A program made the position numbers and the translations under genes. Source: an uncultured Chloroflexia bacterium (GTDB lineage: Bacteria > Chloroflexota > Limnocylindria > Limnocylindrales > CSP1-4). Taken from it: a DNA stretch of 64,000 nucleotides. Below are positions 28,670-40,416 of this stretch, in pieces. Positions within the stretch are counted from its first letter, which is position 1, and each line of letters begins with the position of its first letter. Location: assembly GCA_963813305.1 (NCBI GenBank), contig CAWEYP010000006.1:31056-95055 (forward strand), written 5' to 3'. The notes beneath the pieces are model-generated. The model worked only from the letters and a program-made list of their open reading frames with translations. It made no database searches and was not told the DNA's origin.

Positions 28670-30122
28670 GACATCACCCCGACCTCGACGTCGCGGAAGC
28701 GGGCGCCCCGAGCAGCCGTGGCCGACGTGCCCGCCCTGCCCGGGCTCCCCCTTGCCACAGTTCGCGCGTCGCCCAGCATCACGTAGCTCGAGGCGTCGCC
28801 GATCGCGTCGCAGTTCCCCCAGAACTCGGGCGTGATGCCCGTGTACGTGGCGTTGCGGTAGAGCTGCCCGAGCTTGCCGCCCCTGATCTCGTAGGCCAGC
28901 TCGGTCGCGAACTGGAAGTTGAGGCGCCGGTCGTCGATCGACCAGCTTCGGTTCGTCTCGAGGTAGAGGCCGTCGTCGGTGTCGGCGATGATGTCGTCGA
29001 GGCTCATCCCGGGCTTCGGCTGCAGGTTGATGTTGGTCATCCGGATGAGCGGGATCCGGTTCCAGCCGTCGGCCCGCATGGCGCCCGCCGCAGCGGCGCC
29101 CGATGCGCGGGCGCCGTCTCGCGGCTGGAGAGGTAGCCGACGAAGATGCCGCTCCTGCACGAGCGGCACGCGCTGGGCGGCGACGCCCTCGTCGTCCCAG
29201 CCGAAGGTGCCCAGCCCGCCCGGCGTCGTGGCGTCGGCGACGATGTCGACGATCTCCGAGCCGTAGCGGAAGCCCGCGTCTCGAGCTTGTCCGTCGTCAG
29301 GAAGCTCGTGCCCGCGTAGGCTGGCCTCCGTCCCGAAGACCCGGTCGAGCTCGGTCGGGTGGCCGCAGCTCTCGTGGATCTGCAGGTAGAGCTGCGACGG
29401 ATCCAGGACGATCGTGCGCCGGCCGGGCGGCAGCAGGGGCGCCGTCAGCAGCTGGACGGCCTCCTCGCGAGCCGCTCGGCCGTCCCGGCCAGGTCCAGCG
29501 ATCGGACGTGCTCGTAGCCCGCGCCGCGCCAGGCGCCGCCGGCGTCGGGGTAGCTGCGCCGCTGGTGCTCGTCGCCGTCGACCGCGTTGGCCTCGATGGC
29601 GGCTCCCACGTGGGTGATGACCTGCTCGGTGAGAGCTGCCGTCACTGGCCGCGAACGTCTTCCATTCGCGCAAGGCGCCGTAGTCGGAATCGGTGAAGGC
29701 GATGCCGGGCACCGCGGTCATGGCCTGCTCGGCCGCGAGGAGGTCGCCGACCGTCTGGTCGATGGGCATGGCGAAGGGATCCTCGGCGATCGGCGTCTCG
29801 AAGCGCCCACGCGCCGGCGGCCGATCGTCGAGGACGACCCGGTGGCGCAGCGCCGTGGCGCTGGCCCGGGCGATCCGGACCGCCAGCGGCCGCGACACGG
29901 TCGGCCTCGGCCGGGGTCAGCCGGTGCGACGAGGCGAATCCCCAGGCGCCGTCGACGAGGACGCGCACGCCGAAGCCCTCCGTCTCGTGGCTGAGGACCG
30001 CCAGCCAGGCGACCGCCCTTGACGTCGATCGACTCCTCCTGCCGGCGGACGACGCGAACGTCGGCATAGGACGCCCCGCGAACCCGGGCGGTGTCGAGCG
30101 CCCGGTCGGTGATCTCGTGCAT
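28666..30122 (-). pseudogene. tldD: TldD metalloprotease, about 9-10 frame changes as assembled
   Basis: Pieces come from ORFs 29718..30149, 29642..30067, 28666..29898 and 29445..29645. It starts MHEITDRALDTARVRGASYADVRV and has the HExxxH motif in LYLQIHESCGHPTELD. The C-terminal NCGKGEPGQ..V.HGC motif is only visible after two compensating shifts (about 28775 and 28715). Confidence 0.8.
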
Positions 30123-30312
30123 GGGCCAGCCTACCGGCGCGTGGGGCATGCGTGGCGCCGCGCGAGGCTCGAGCGGCCACCCGGCGGCTGAGCGCGCAGT
30201 GCGCGGTCACCCGGCAGCCCGATCGCGGACTGCGCGTCGTCGGGACCTGGCGGTGGGGACGCGCTAGGGCGCGCGCTCACGCGCGAGCAGGCGCCGCGGA
30301 CGCCAGCCTCGC

Positions 30313-30318
30313 TACTCT
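30313..30318 (+). promoter_or_regulatory. -10-like hexamer TACTCT, 6 nt upstream of the tmk ATG (leaderless-type arrangement)
   Basis: TANNNT pattern read directly. There is no Shine-Dalgarno sequence between it and ATG 30325. Confidence 0.3.
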
Positions 30319-30324
30319 GGCGCC

Positions 30325-30984
30325 ATGACAGCAACACCCCGGCGCGGGGTCTTCATCACGCTCGAGGGCCCCGACGGCAGCGGCAAGACCGTGCAGGCGG
30401 AGCGGCTCCGGGCCGCCCTCGCGGCCACCGGGCGCGACGCGGTGCTGGTACGCGAGCCCGGCGGCACGCCCGCCGGTGAGCGGATCCGGGCGATCCTGAT
30501 GGACCGCGACGAGTCGGCGGTCCGCCTGACCCAGCGCGCCGACGCGCTCCTCTTCATGGCCGCCCGCGCGCAGCTCGTCGAGACGGTGATCCGGCCGGCG
30601 CTGGAGCGCGGTGCCGTCGTCATCTCCGACCGGTACCTCGACTCCACGCTCGCCTACCAGGGATTCGGCGGGCAGCTCGGGATCGACGAGCTCCTCCCGG
30701 TGGGGCGCTTCGCGACCGGCGGACTGCGTCCCGACCTCACCATCCTGTTCGACGTTCCGGTCGAGATCGGCCTCGCCCGCAAGAGCGACGCCGAGACGAC
30801 GCGCTTCGAGGCGCACTTCGACCGGGCCTACCACGAGCGTGTGCGGGCGGGCTACCTGGCCCTCGCGGCCGCCGAGCCCGAGCGCTGGGTCATCGTCGAC
30901 GCGTCCGCCCCGGAGCCGGACGTCCTGGACGCGGCCCGCGCGGCCCTGCTCGACTTCGTCGAACGGGTGATGCCGGCCGGCTGA
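30325..30984 (+). CDS. tmk: Thymidylate kinase
   Basis: ORF 30325..30984 is intact. It has the P-loop ITLEGPDGSGKT, the DRY-type motif SDRYLDSTLAYQG, and LID-region arginines. Confidence 0.9.
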   Translation: MTATPRRGVFITLEGPDGSGKTVQAERLRAALAATGRDAVLVREPGGTPAGERIRAILMDRDESAVRLTQRADALLFMAARAQLVETVIRPALERGAVVISDRYLDSTLAYQGFGGQLGIDELLPVGRFATGGLRPDLTILFDVPVEIGLARKSDAETTRFEAHFDRAYHERVRAGYLALAAAEPERWVIVDASAPEPDVLDAARAALLDFVERVMPAG

Positions 30985-31033
30985 AGTGTCACTCTCGGCC
31001 GAGACCCGGACCGAGCGTCATCGTGACGCACAG

Positions 31034-32050
31034 TTAGCCGACGCGCACCTCGGCGATCGCCCCGGTCCCGGACTCGCGGGCGCCCTCGAGCGCGGCGAGG
31101 GCGGCGGCGAGCAGCTCGTCGGCGCTCGTCCCGTCGGCCGGGAAGCGGGCAACGCCCGCGGAGACCGTCACCGGGACGCCGCCGACCGGCTCCAGCGCGT
31201 CGATCGAGCGAAGGATCCGATCGGCGACGATGATCCCTCCGCTGCCGGGCGCGACGACGACGAACTCGTCGCCGCCGACCCGGGCGACCGTGTCGACCAG
31301 CCGGACCTGCTCGGCGAGAACGGCCGCGACGGCCCGCAGGATGTCGTCGCCGGCTCCCGCACCGGACCGCTCGTTGACGGCGCGGAAGCCGTCGATGTCG
31401 AAGACGGCGACCGAGATGTCGCTCTGCTGGCGCTTCGCACGCTCGATCTCGAGCTCGAGGACGCGGTCGAGCGTGCGCCGGTTCGCCAGGCCGGTGAGCA
31501 GGTCGAGGCCGGCGATCCGGTCCTGCCACTCCGAGCGCTCCTCGCCGAGGGAGGCGAGCCGGGCCCGGTCGATGGCGATGGCCAGCAGGTCGGCTGTCGC
31601 CCGGAGTGTCGCCCCGGTGGCCCCGTCGAGGGTGCGCTCGCCGGGCCATCCGAACGAGGCGACCCCGAGGTGGAGGTCGATGCCGTCGCGGGTGACCGTG
31701 AGCGGCAGGTCGGCGCCGGTCATGGCGGTGCCGTCGGGGCGGGTGCCGACGCGGCCGAGCGCCGGGCGTCCCTCGCGCGCCGCGACGGCGATCGGGTGGT
31801 CGGGATCGCCCGCGACTTCCGCCGCAAAGGCGAGCTCGGCGTCAGGGGCGAAGCCCGCCGTCGCGAAGAGGCGCAGATCGGTGCCGTCGGGCTCGCGGGT
31901 GAACACCGCGGCAAGGCGCGCCCCGGTGAGGCCAGCCGCTCCCTCGAGGAGTCGCCGGACGGTCGGCTCGAGGTCGGTTCCTGCGGCGATGGCGGCGGCG
32001 GCCTGCGCGAGCAGCTCGGCCAGGTCTGCCGGCGCGGAATGGTCGGACAC
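31034..32050 (-). CDS. GAF-like sensor - GGDEF diguanylate cyclase
   Basis: Lower 338 aa of ORF 31034..32392. GTG 32050 lies 5 nt after GGAGGG. It has GLANRR, the I-site RLVD, and the active site RVGGDEFVVV. Confidence 0.8.
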   Translation of the reverse strand: MSDHSAPADLAELLAQAAAAIAAGTDLEPTVRRLLEGAAGLTGARLAAVFTREPDGTDLRLFATAGFAPDAELAFAAEVAGDPDHPIAVAAREGRPALGRVGTRPDGTAMTGADLPLTVTRDGIDLHLGVASFGWPGERTLDGATGATLRATADLLAIAIDRARLASLGEERSEWQDRIAGLDLLTGLANRRTLDRVLELEIERAKRQQSDISVAVFDIDGFRAVNERSGAGAGDDILRAVAAVLAEQVRLVDTVARVGGDEFVVVAPGSGGIIVADRILRSIDALEPVGGVPVTVSAGVARFPADGTSADELLAAALAALEGARESGTGAIAEVRVG

Positions 32051-32184
32051 GGATCCCTCCCCGACGCGGCCCCGCGACGAACGCCCGGGGCCGGGATGGC
32101 GACGATCATACGCGGGCGACGCGTGGTCGCACGAGGCGACGGCGACGCGACGCGACGCGGCACAGAGCGTCCCTCGCGGCACCC

Positions 32185-32190
32185 TATACT
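32185..32190 (+). promoter_or_regulatory. -10-like hexamer TATACT, 7 nt upstream of the darA GTG (leaderless-type arrangement)
   Basis: Read directly. There is no SD between the hexamer and GTG 32198. Confidence 0.3.
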
Positions 32191-32197
32191 CGCCCAC

Positions 32198-32527
32198 GTG
32201 AAGCTCGTCGTTGCCATCGTCAACCCCGAGGACGCCGGCCCCCTCGTCGATGCGCTGCTCGAGCGCGAGTTCCGGGCGACCCGGCTCCACAGCTCCGGCG
32301 GCTTCCTCAAGCAGACGAACGCGACCGTGCTCCTGGGCGTCGAGGACGACGCGATCGAGGAGGTCCTCGGGATCATCCGCGAGACCTGCCACTCGCGGAC
32401 GCAGCTCGTGAACCCGATGCCGCCGATCCTCGAGCCGGGTGAGTTCTTCCTGCCGTACCCGCTCGAGGTCGAGGTCGGCGGCGCCACGGTCTTCGTCGTG
32501 CCGGTCGAGCGTCTCGAGCGCCTGTAG
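32198..32527 (+). CDS. darA: PII-like cyclic-di-AMP receptor (DarA/YaaQ, DUF970)
   Basis: The last 109 aa of ORF 30986..32527 (VKLVVAIVNPEDAGPLVDALLEREFRATRLHSSGGFLKQTNATVLLGVEDD...YPLEVEVGGATVFVVPVERL) are collinear with Bacillus YaaQ/DarA as I recall it. It lies next to tmk, as in Firmicutes. Confidence 0.85.
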   Translation: MKLVVAIVNPEDAGPLVDALLEREFRATRLHSSGGFLKQTNATVLLGVEDDAIEEVLGIIRETCHSRTQLVNPMPPILEPGEFFLPYPLEVEVGGATVFVVPVERLERL

Positions 32528-32536
32528 CGCCTGTAG
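32519..32536. repeat. 9-bp tandem duplication CGCCTGTAG x2 that duplicates the darA stop codon
   Basis: Read directly: ...GAG CGC CTG TAG CGC CTG TAG. It is followed by the palindrome GGGCGCCCGGCGCCC (32544-32558). Confidence 0.7.
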
Positions 32537-32563
32537 CGCCTCCGGGCGCCCGGCGCCCCCGGC

Positions 32564-33081
32564 TCACCAGCGCTCGAGGTGGACCAGGTCGGCCAGCGGC
32601 CGGCGCTCCTTCGGCCGCGGCTCGTCGGCGGGGTAGCCCAGCGGGGTGAAGAGCAGCGGCTCCACGTCGTCCGGCAGGCCCAGCACCTCGCGGGCGGCGG
32701 CCGGGTCGAACGCGGCGACCCAGCAGGTCCCGAGCCCCAGGTCGGTCGCCGCCAGCACCAGGTGATCCATCACGATCGCGGCGTCGACGTCGGCGTAGCT
32801 GCGGCCGTCGATCGCCTCTCGCACCCACGCCTCGCGGGGGACGCGTGCAGACGCCGAGGATCACCGGCGCCGCGGTGAACCAGTCCCGGGCGTAGATCCG
32901 GCGGAGCTCGGCCTCGCGGCCCGCGGTGTGGATCACGAGGATCCGGATCGGCTGCCGGTTGGCGGCGGTCGGAGCCAGCCGGCCGGCCTCCAGCACCTGC
33001 GCGAGCAGGTCGTCCGGGACGGGATCGGGTCGATAGGCGCGGACGGAGTAGCGGGCGCGGATCGAGCTCGGCGAACGACAC
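32564..33081 (-). pseudogene. Nitroreductase family protein, 2 frame changes as assembled
   Basis: GTG 33081 lies after GAAGGAGG and gives VSFAEL. Then IRARYSVRAYRPDPVPDDLLAQVLEAGRLAPTAANRQPIRILV is in the ORF 32373..33203 frame. Then REAIDGRSYADVDAAIVMDHLVLAATDLGLGTCWV...* is in ORF 32564..32824. The shifts are near 33060 and 32830. Confidence 0.75.
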
Positions 33082-33189
33082 GGGGTGCCTCCTTCGGGCG
33101 CTCCACGATAATCGAGGCGATGAGGCCCGCGGCTCTGTCGCGCGGCTTCCGCCGTCACGCGGGGGCCGTCCCGCCGCCGGGGCGGTCGC

Positions 33190-33865
33190 CTTTGCCGAAG
33201 CATCGCCGCATGCCGACGCCGCGACGCCCCTCCCCGCCTGGCTCGCCGCCCTCGCGGCCAATGCCCCCGACCTCGTCGCGCCGTTCCTCGTACTCGAGGA
33301 TGGCCGTCCGCTCCCCGCGCGCCGCGAGGTGCGCCTGCGGGCCGGCGACGGGGCGGCGGCCGTCTCGTGCCCCAGCACGTCGCGGTCAGCGCCGCCTACG
33401 CGCCCACCTGGACGAGCTCCCCGACCGCGCCTTCGAGCTCGCCGGCGGCGAGGAGGAGCGGACGTGGCCCAGGCGCTCGGCCATGCCTTCGACGCCCGGG
33501 GCGGGCTGGCGACCGCCGCGGCCCTCGCGGCGCAGGGACGGTTCCCCGCCGGCGCGCCGACCGTCGTCCCCGGGGTGCCGGGCCCGGCCGACGCGACGCG
33601 GGAGGAGCTTCGCCGTCGACTTGCCGTGAGCCAGCGACTGATCGAGCGGGCGCGCGCTCGATTGCCGGCCACGAGATGGATCCCTGCCCGCTGGAGCACC
33701 CGCTCGTCGGGCGCCTTCGCTGCGGGGAGTGGCTGCTCTTCGCCGGCGTCCACGACCGAGCACCTGGAGCAGCTCGAACGGGCTCGCCCGCGCGGCCGCC
33801 GCCGGGGCGTGAGGCCGGCGACGTGGACGTCCGCGGTCGCAGCCGTCGAGGCGATCGGCCGGTGA
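33190..33865 (+). pseudogene. DinB-superfamily-like gene remnant, several frame changes
   Basis: Fragments in all three plus frames can be chained: ..LGHVAVSAAYAHLDELPDRAFELAGGEEE.., ..AQALGHAFDARGGLATAAALAAQG.., ..DPCPLEHPLVGRLRCGEWLLFAGVHDREHLEQLERA.. The last block resembles the DinB_2 C-terminal helix. It ends at TGA 33863-33865. The start is not resolved. Confidence 0.35.
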
Positions 33866-34358
33866 GCCCGTACCGCCCCGACCTCGTCGAGTGCTGGATC
33901 TTCCGCGTGCCGCCCGGCGGCGAGCCGGAGTTCCTCCTGATCCGCCGCGCTCCCGATCGCATCTTCCCCGGGCTGTGGCAGTGCGTGACCGGTGGCCTGG
34001 AACCCGGCGAGCGGGTCCCGCATGGCCGCCCTGCGCGAGGTCCGCGAGGAGATCGGCTTCGGGCCGGCCGAGATCGAGGCGTTCTACGACCTCGACCAGG
34101 TCACCCACTTCTACGACGAGGGACCCGACGCGATCGTCGCCGGCGCGATCTTCGCCGCTGCGCGTCCGCCCCGACGCCGAGCCCGCGCTCTCCCACGAGC
34201 ACGACGGCGCTCGCTGGGCCGGCCGCGACGAGGCGCTCCGCCTCGTCGTCTGGCCGTCCTACCGGGACACGATCGACCGGATCCTGGGCAAGCTCCTGGA
34301 TCCGGAGGTGGAGCCCTGGTTCCGCCTCGACCTCGAGGGACACCGGCTCGCGCGCTGA
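33862..34358 (+). pseudogene. Nudix hydrolase, 2 frame changes as assembled
   Basis: Correcting 1 nt near 34020 restores a perfect Nudix box, GGLEPGERVPMAALREVREEIGF. The tail RVRPDAEPALSHEHDGARWAGRDEAL... is in ORF 33891..34358 (shift near 34160). The GTG start overlaps the upstream stop (GTGA). Confidence 0.75.
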
Positions 34359-34567
34359 GGGCCGCGGTCGGCCCCTGCGCACGCGACCTCACGCTGGTCC
34401 TGGACCGACCGGGGCGACTCCTCGACCACGCCCGTGTCCGGGCCGTGATGGCGCGGACGGCGGCGAGCGCGCGCGGCACTCGCGGCGAGCGTGGGCGTCA
34501 TCCGCGCCACGCCAGTTGTCCGGTCCAGCGCGAAACCGCCGCCAGATGCGTTACCCCGTCGACGGCT

Positions 34568-36760
<2,193 letters not shown>

Positions 36761-36762
36761 TG

Positions 36763-37110
36763 ATGCCCGACAGCCACGGCGAGCAGCTGACCGCCTGGGG
36801 CAAGGTGGTGATGCTCGAGGTGACCGGCCGGGTGACCGGCAGCGCGATCCGGACGGCGGTCGGCTTCGTGGACGAGCCCGACGGCAGCCTTCTCGTTGCC
36901 GCCAGCAGCTCCCGCGCGGCGTGGGCCCTCAACCTGTTCGCCGATCCGGCCTGCCACGGCACGATCGGCGAGGCGCGGCGCGCCTATCGAGCCGAGGAGC
37001 TCGAGGGGCCAGAGCGGGCCCGTGTCATCACCGCGCTCATCCTCAAGTACGGGACCCCGGCCGAGAGCCTGGGTGCCGGGCCGGCCTTCCGCCTGCGCCC
37101 GACCGACTGA
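36763..37110 (+). CDS. DUF385 / deazaflavin (F420)-dependent nitroreductase family protein
   Basis: ORF 36763..37110 is intact. VVMLEVTGRVTGSAIRTAVGFVDEPDGSLLVAASSSRAAWALNLFADP fits the DUF385 pattern. Confidence 0.7.
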   Translation: MPDSHGEQLTAWGKVVMLEVTGRVTGSAIRTAVGFVDEPDGSLLVAASSSRAAWALNLFADPACHGTIGEARRAYRAEELEGPERARVITALILKYGTPAESLGAGPAFRLRPTD

Positions 37111-39420
37111 GGCTGCGCGCGGGCGCTCCTAGTGCAGGATGCCGTAGGTAACCACGACCCGGACCCTGCCGAGGTCGTAGTTGAGGCCGTTGACGTAGCT
37201 GCCGGAGTCGACAAAGGCACGGACATAGCGCTTGCCCGAGATGGTGGTGACGACCACGGCCGGATCGCCCGCGATCCCGTACCAGGACGAGGTGGACGTC
37301 CCGACTGACCGGCGCGGGCGGGCGCCGTCGTACATCGCCAGCCAGCTCGTGCCGGATCGCCAGTCGTGGAGCCCGATCTTGGGCGCCGTCGGGCCGGACC
37401 ACGGCCCGCCCTGGACGTAGAACGCGACCGACTTGATCGTGCTCGCGGACGGGAGCGTGAATGAGTATCCGAACGCTGCCCAGCCCGGCGCCGCCGGCGC
37501 CTTCGGCGTGATGAGCCGCGCCCCCGTGCTGTACCGCGTGGAGCTGAGCAGCGACGGCGGGCCAGACCAGGCCGACGGGGCGTTGGCGTTCCGGAAGACC
37601 GACGTGGTCCTCCAGTACATCCGCTTCCTGGAGAGGGTCACGTACGACGTGAACGTCTTCCTGAGGGTGGGGACGCTGGAGTAGTCCGAGAGCGTCTGGA
37701 CGATCTTGTACTTGCCGGCCGAGAGGATTGACCCGCGGCTGGACCGCCCGGTCCACGTGGACGCGTAGGCGCCGGTTCCCCCCGCGACCGTGCGGGTCGC
37801 CAGGAGCGAGCCGGTCGGCCGGTAGATCCGGATCGTGACCGAGAGCCGCTCCGTGCGGCTGCCACGGATGCTGATCGTGTCGCGCCACGTGTCCTTGTAC
37901 GGGTAGATCGACGTGCTGCTGACACCGACGCCGGTCGCTTCGACGAGGTTCCTCGCGACCGTTCCGGCGAGCGGGTCGGCCGTCCCCGTCTGGAAGCTCA
38001 CGTCGCCCGAGTAGGTGGCCGTGATCGTGTGGGCGCCGACGGGCAGCAGGCGCGCCGGGAGGATCGCGACGCCTGCCGTGACCGCGATGGTGGTCGGCGT
38101 GCCGCCGTCGATCGCGAACTCGACGGACCCCGTTATCGGGACCGTGATGCCGGTGGCGTTCGGGGCGATCGTCGCGGTGAACGCGAGGGGAACCGTCGAT
38201 TCCCACCTCGCGCGCGACGCGGTGAGGATCGCCGTGACGTCCGACTTGCCGATGCTCTGGACCAGCAGGCCGCTGGCGTTCGCGTAGTTGGTGTCGGGGC
38301 TCGTGAAGACCGCGCGGTACTGGCTCTCGCCATCCGTCGCGGGCAGCGTGATGGTCGCGGTCGACGCGCTGAAGCCAGAGGCGAGGACCGCGCTCTCGAA
38401 GGTGACGAAGGCCAGGCCGTCCCACTCCTGGAAGTCGATCGTCCCGCCCAGCGTCGGGAGCCCGGTGACGGTCGCCGTCAGGGTGACCTGCTGCGTGGGT
38501 GGTGCGGGATTGACCGTCGAGACGAGCGCCACGGTCGTCGCTGCGGGGACCACGGTGAGCAACCCGGCCACGAAGGTGAAGTCGTAGTTGGCGGCGGTGA
38601 GCGTGCCGAGCGCGGCATCGATCGCGTACGGGCCGCCGACGACCGGGCTGGTGAGGTTCGCCGCCGTCGTCAGGGCCGGGCTGCCGGAGACGCCGGAGGT
38701 CCCGAGCGCCTCGCCGTTGACGAAGCCGCCGATGGTCGCGGTGAGGGTCGGATTGGCCGCGCCGAATGGGCGGCTGACCGGATCAGCGGTCACCGTGAGC
38801 GTCGCCTTCACGACGGCTTGCCCGCCGGCCAGGGTCCCGAAGGACCCCCCGACGAAGTTGGAGCCGCCGGGAGCGACGTAGAGGGCCGTGATCTCATGTG
38901 GGCCCGGGACGCTGTCGGGTCGGTTGACCGTGAGGAGGGACGTGCTGAAGGTAGCCGTTCCGCCGACCAGCGGAACCACGTCGCCCGCGTTCTGTCCATT
39001 GACCCGGAACTGGACGGCCCCATCCGGTGTTCCGGCTCCCGGCGCGGCGGGCGCGACCGTGGCCGTGAAGGTGACCGTCTGCCCGTACACGGAGGCCGCG
39101 TCATCGCTTGCGAGGGCCAGCGTCGTCGACGCCTTGATGACCGTGACCGACAAGGCGGCCGAGGTTCGGGCGTTGTAGTTCCCGTCGGCAGCCTTGGTGG
39201 CAGTGACCGAGCAGGTCCCGGTGCTGGAAGTGATCGTGAGCTGATCCGTGGAAACGGAGCAGGCCGTCGAGGCGCCCACGCTGTAGGTGACCGCGCCGAG
39301 GCCGCTGCCGCCCGTGGTCGTCAGTGTCTGGACCGAGCCGAACGGGGCCGGGGAGACGGCAACCGCGGTCAGGGTCGCCTGGTCCGCCTTCTGCACGGTG
39401 ACCGAGAAGGCGGCCGAGGT

Positions 39421-39655
39421 CGTGGCGTTGTAGTTGGCATCGGCGGCCTTGGTGGCAGTGACCGAGCAGGTCCCGGTGCCCGAGACGACGTGGAGCTTGC
39501 CCGAGACGATCGAGCAGGCGGTCGAGGCGCCCTCGTCGAAGGTGACCGCGCCGCTCCCGCTGCCGCCGCTGGTGGTGATCGTCGCGTCGGCGGCCCCGTA
39601 GGTCGCGCTCGCGGGTCCGGTGACCGTCAGGGTCGCCTGGTCGGCCTTGTTGACG
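39421..39655. repeat. Partial third copy (~235 bp) of the near-identical intragenic repeat
   Basis: It aligns almost base-for-base with 40451-40685 and 41271-41505, for example GGCGCCCTCGTCGAAGGTGACCGCGCCGCTCCCGCTGCCGCCGCTGGTGGTGATCGTCGCGTCGGCGGCCCCGTAGGTCGCGCTCGCGGGTCCGGTGACCGTCAGGGTCGCCTGGTCGGCCTTGTTGAC. Confidence 0.8.
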
Positions 39656-40416
39656 GTGACCGGGAAGGGAGCCGAGGTCGTGGCGCTGTAGTTGGCGTCG
39701 GCGGCCCTCGTGGCGGTGATCGTGCAGGTGCCGGCGGCGACGATGGTGACGCTGGCACTGGCGCTCGCCGTGCAGACCGAGGGGGTGCTCGAGGTGAAGG
39801 TGAGGGCGCCGGTCCCCGAGCCGCCGGTGGTGGTCGGGCCGAAGGGGGCGTCGCCGTACGTCCTGGTCGCGGGTCCGGTGATCGCCAGGGTCGCCTGGGC
39901 CGCCTTCTGCACGATGACCGGTTCGGCGGCCGATGTCGTGGCGGTGTAGTTGGCGTCGGCGGCCTTGGTGGCGGTGACCGAGCAGGTCCCGGTCCCGGCG
40001 GTGATCGTGAGCTGATCCGTGGAGACGGAGCAGGCCGTCGAGGCGCCGTCGCTGTAGGTGACCGCGCCGAGGCCGCCGCCGCCGCTCGTGGTCAGCGTCT
40101 GGACCGAGCCGTAGGCGGCCGGGCTGCTGGCGTTGACCGTCAGGGTCGCCTGGGCCGCCTTGTTGACCGTGACCGAGAAGGGGACCGAGGTCGTGGCGTT
40201 GTAGTTCGCGTCGGCGGCCCTGGTGGCGGTGACCGAGCAGGTGCCCGTGCCCGAGAGGACGTGGAGCTGGCCGGCCACGATCGAGCAGGCGGTCGAGGCG
40301 CCCGCGTCGAAGGTGACCACGCCGGTCCCGCTGCCGCCGCTGGTGGTGATCGCCTGGTCGGCGGCCGCGAAGGTCGCGCTCGCGGGTCCGGTGACCGCCA
40401 GGGTCACCTGCGTCGC

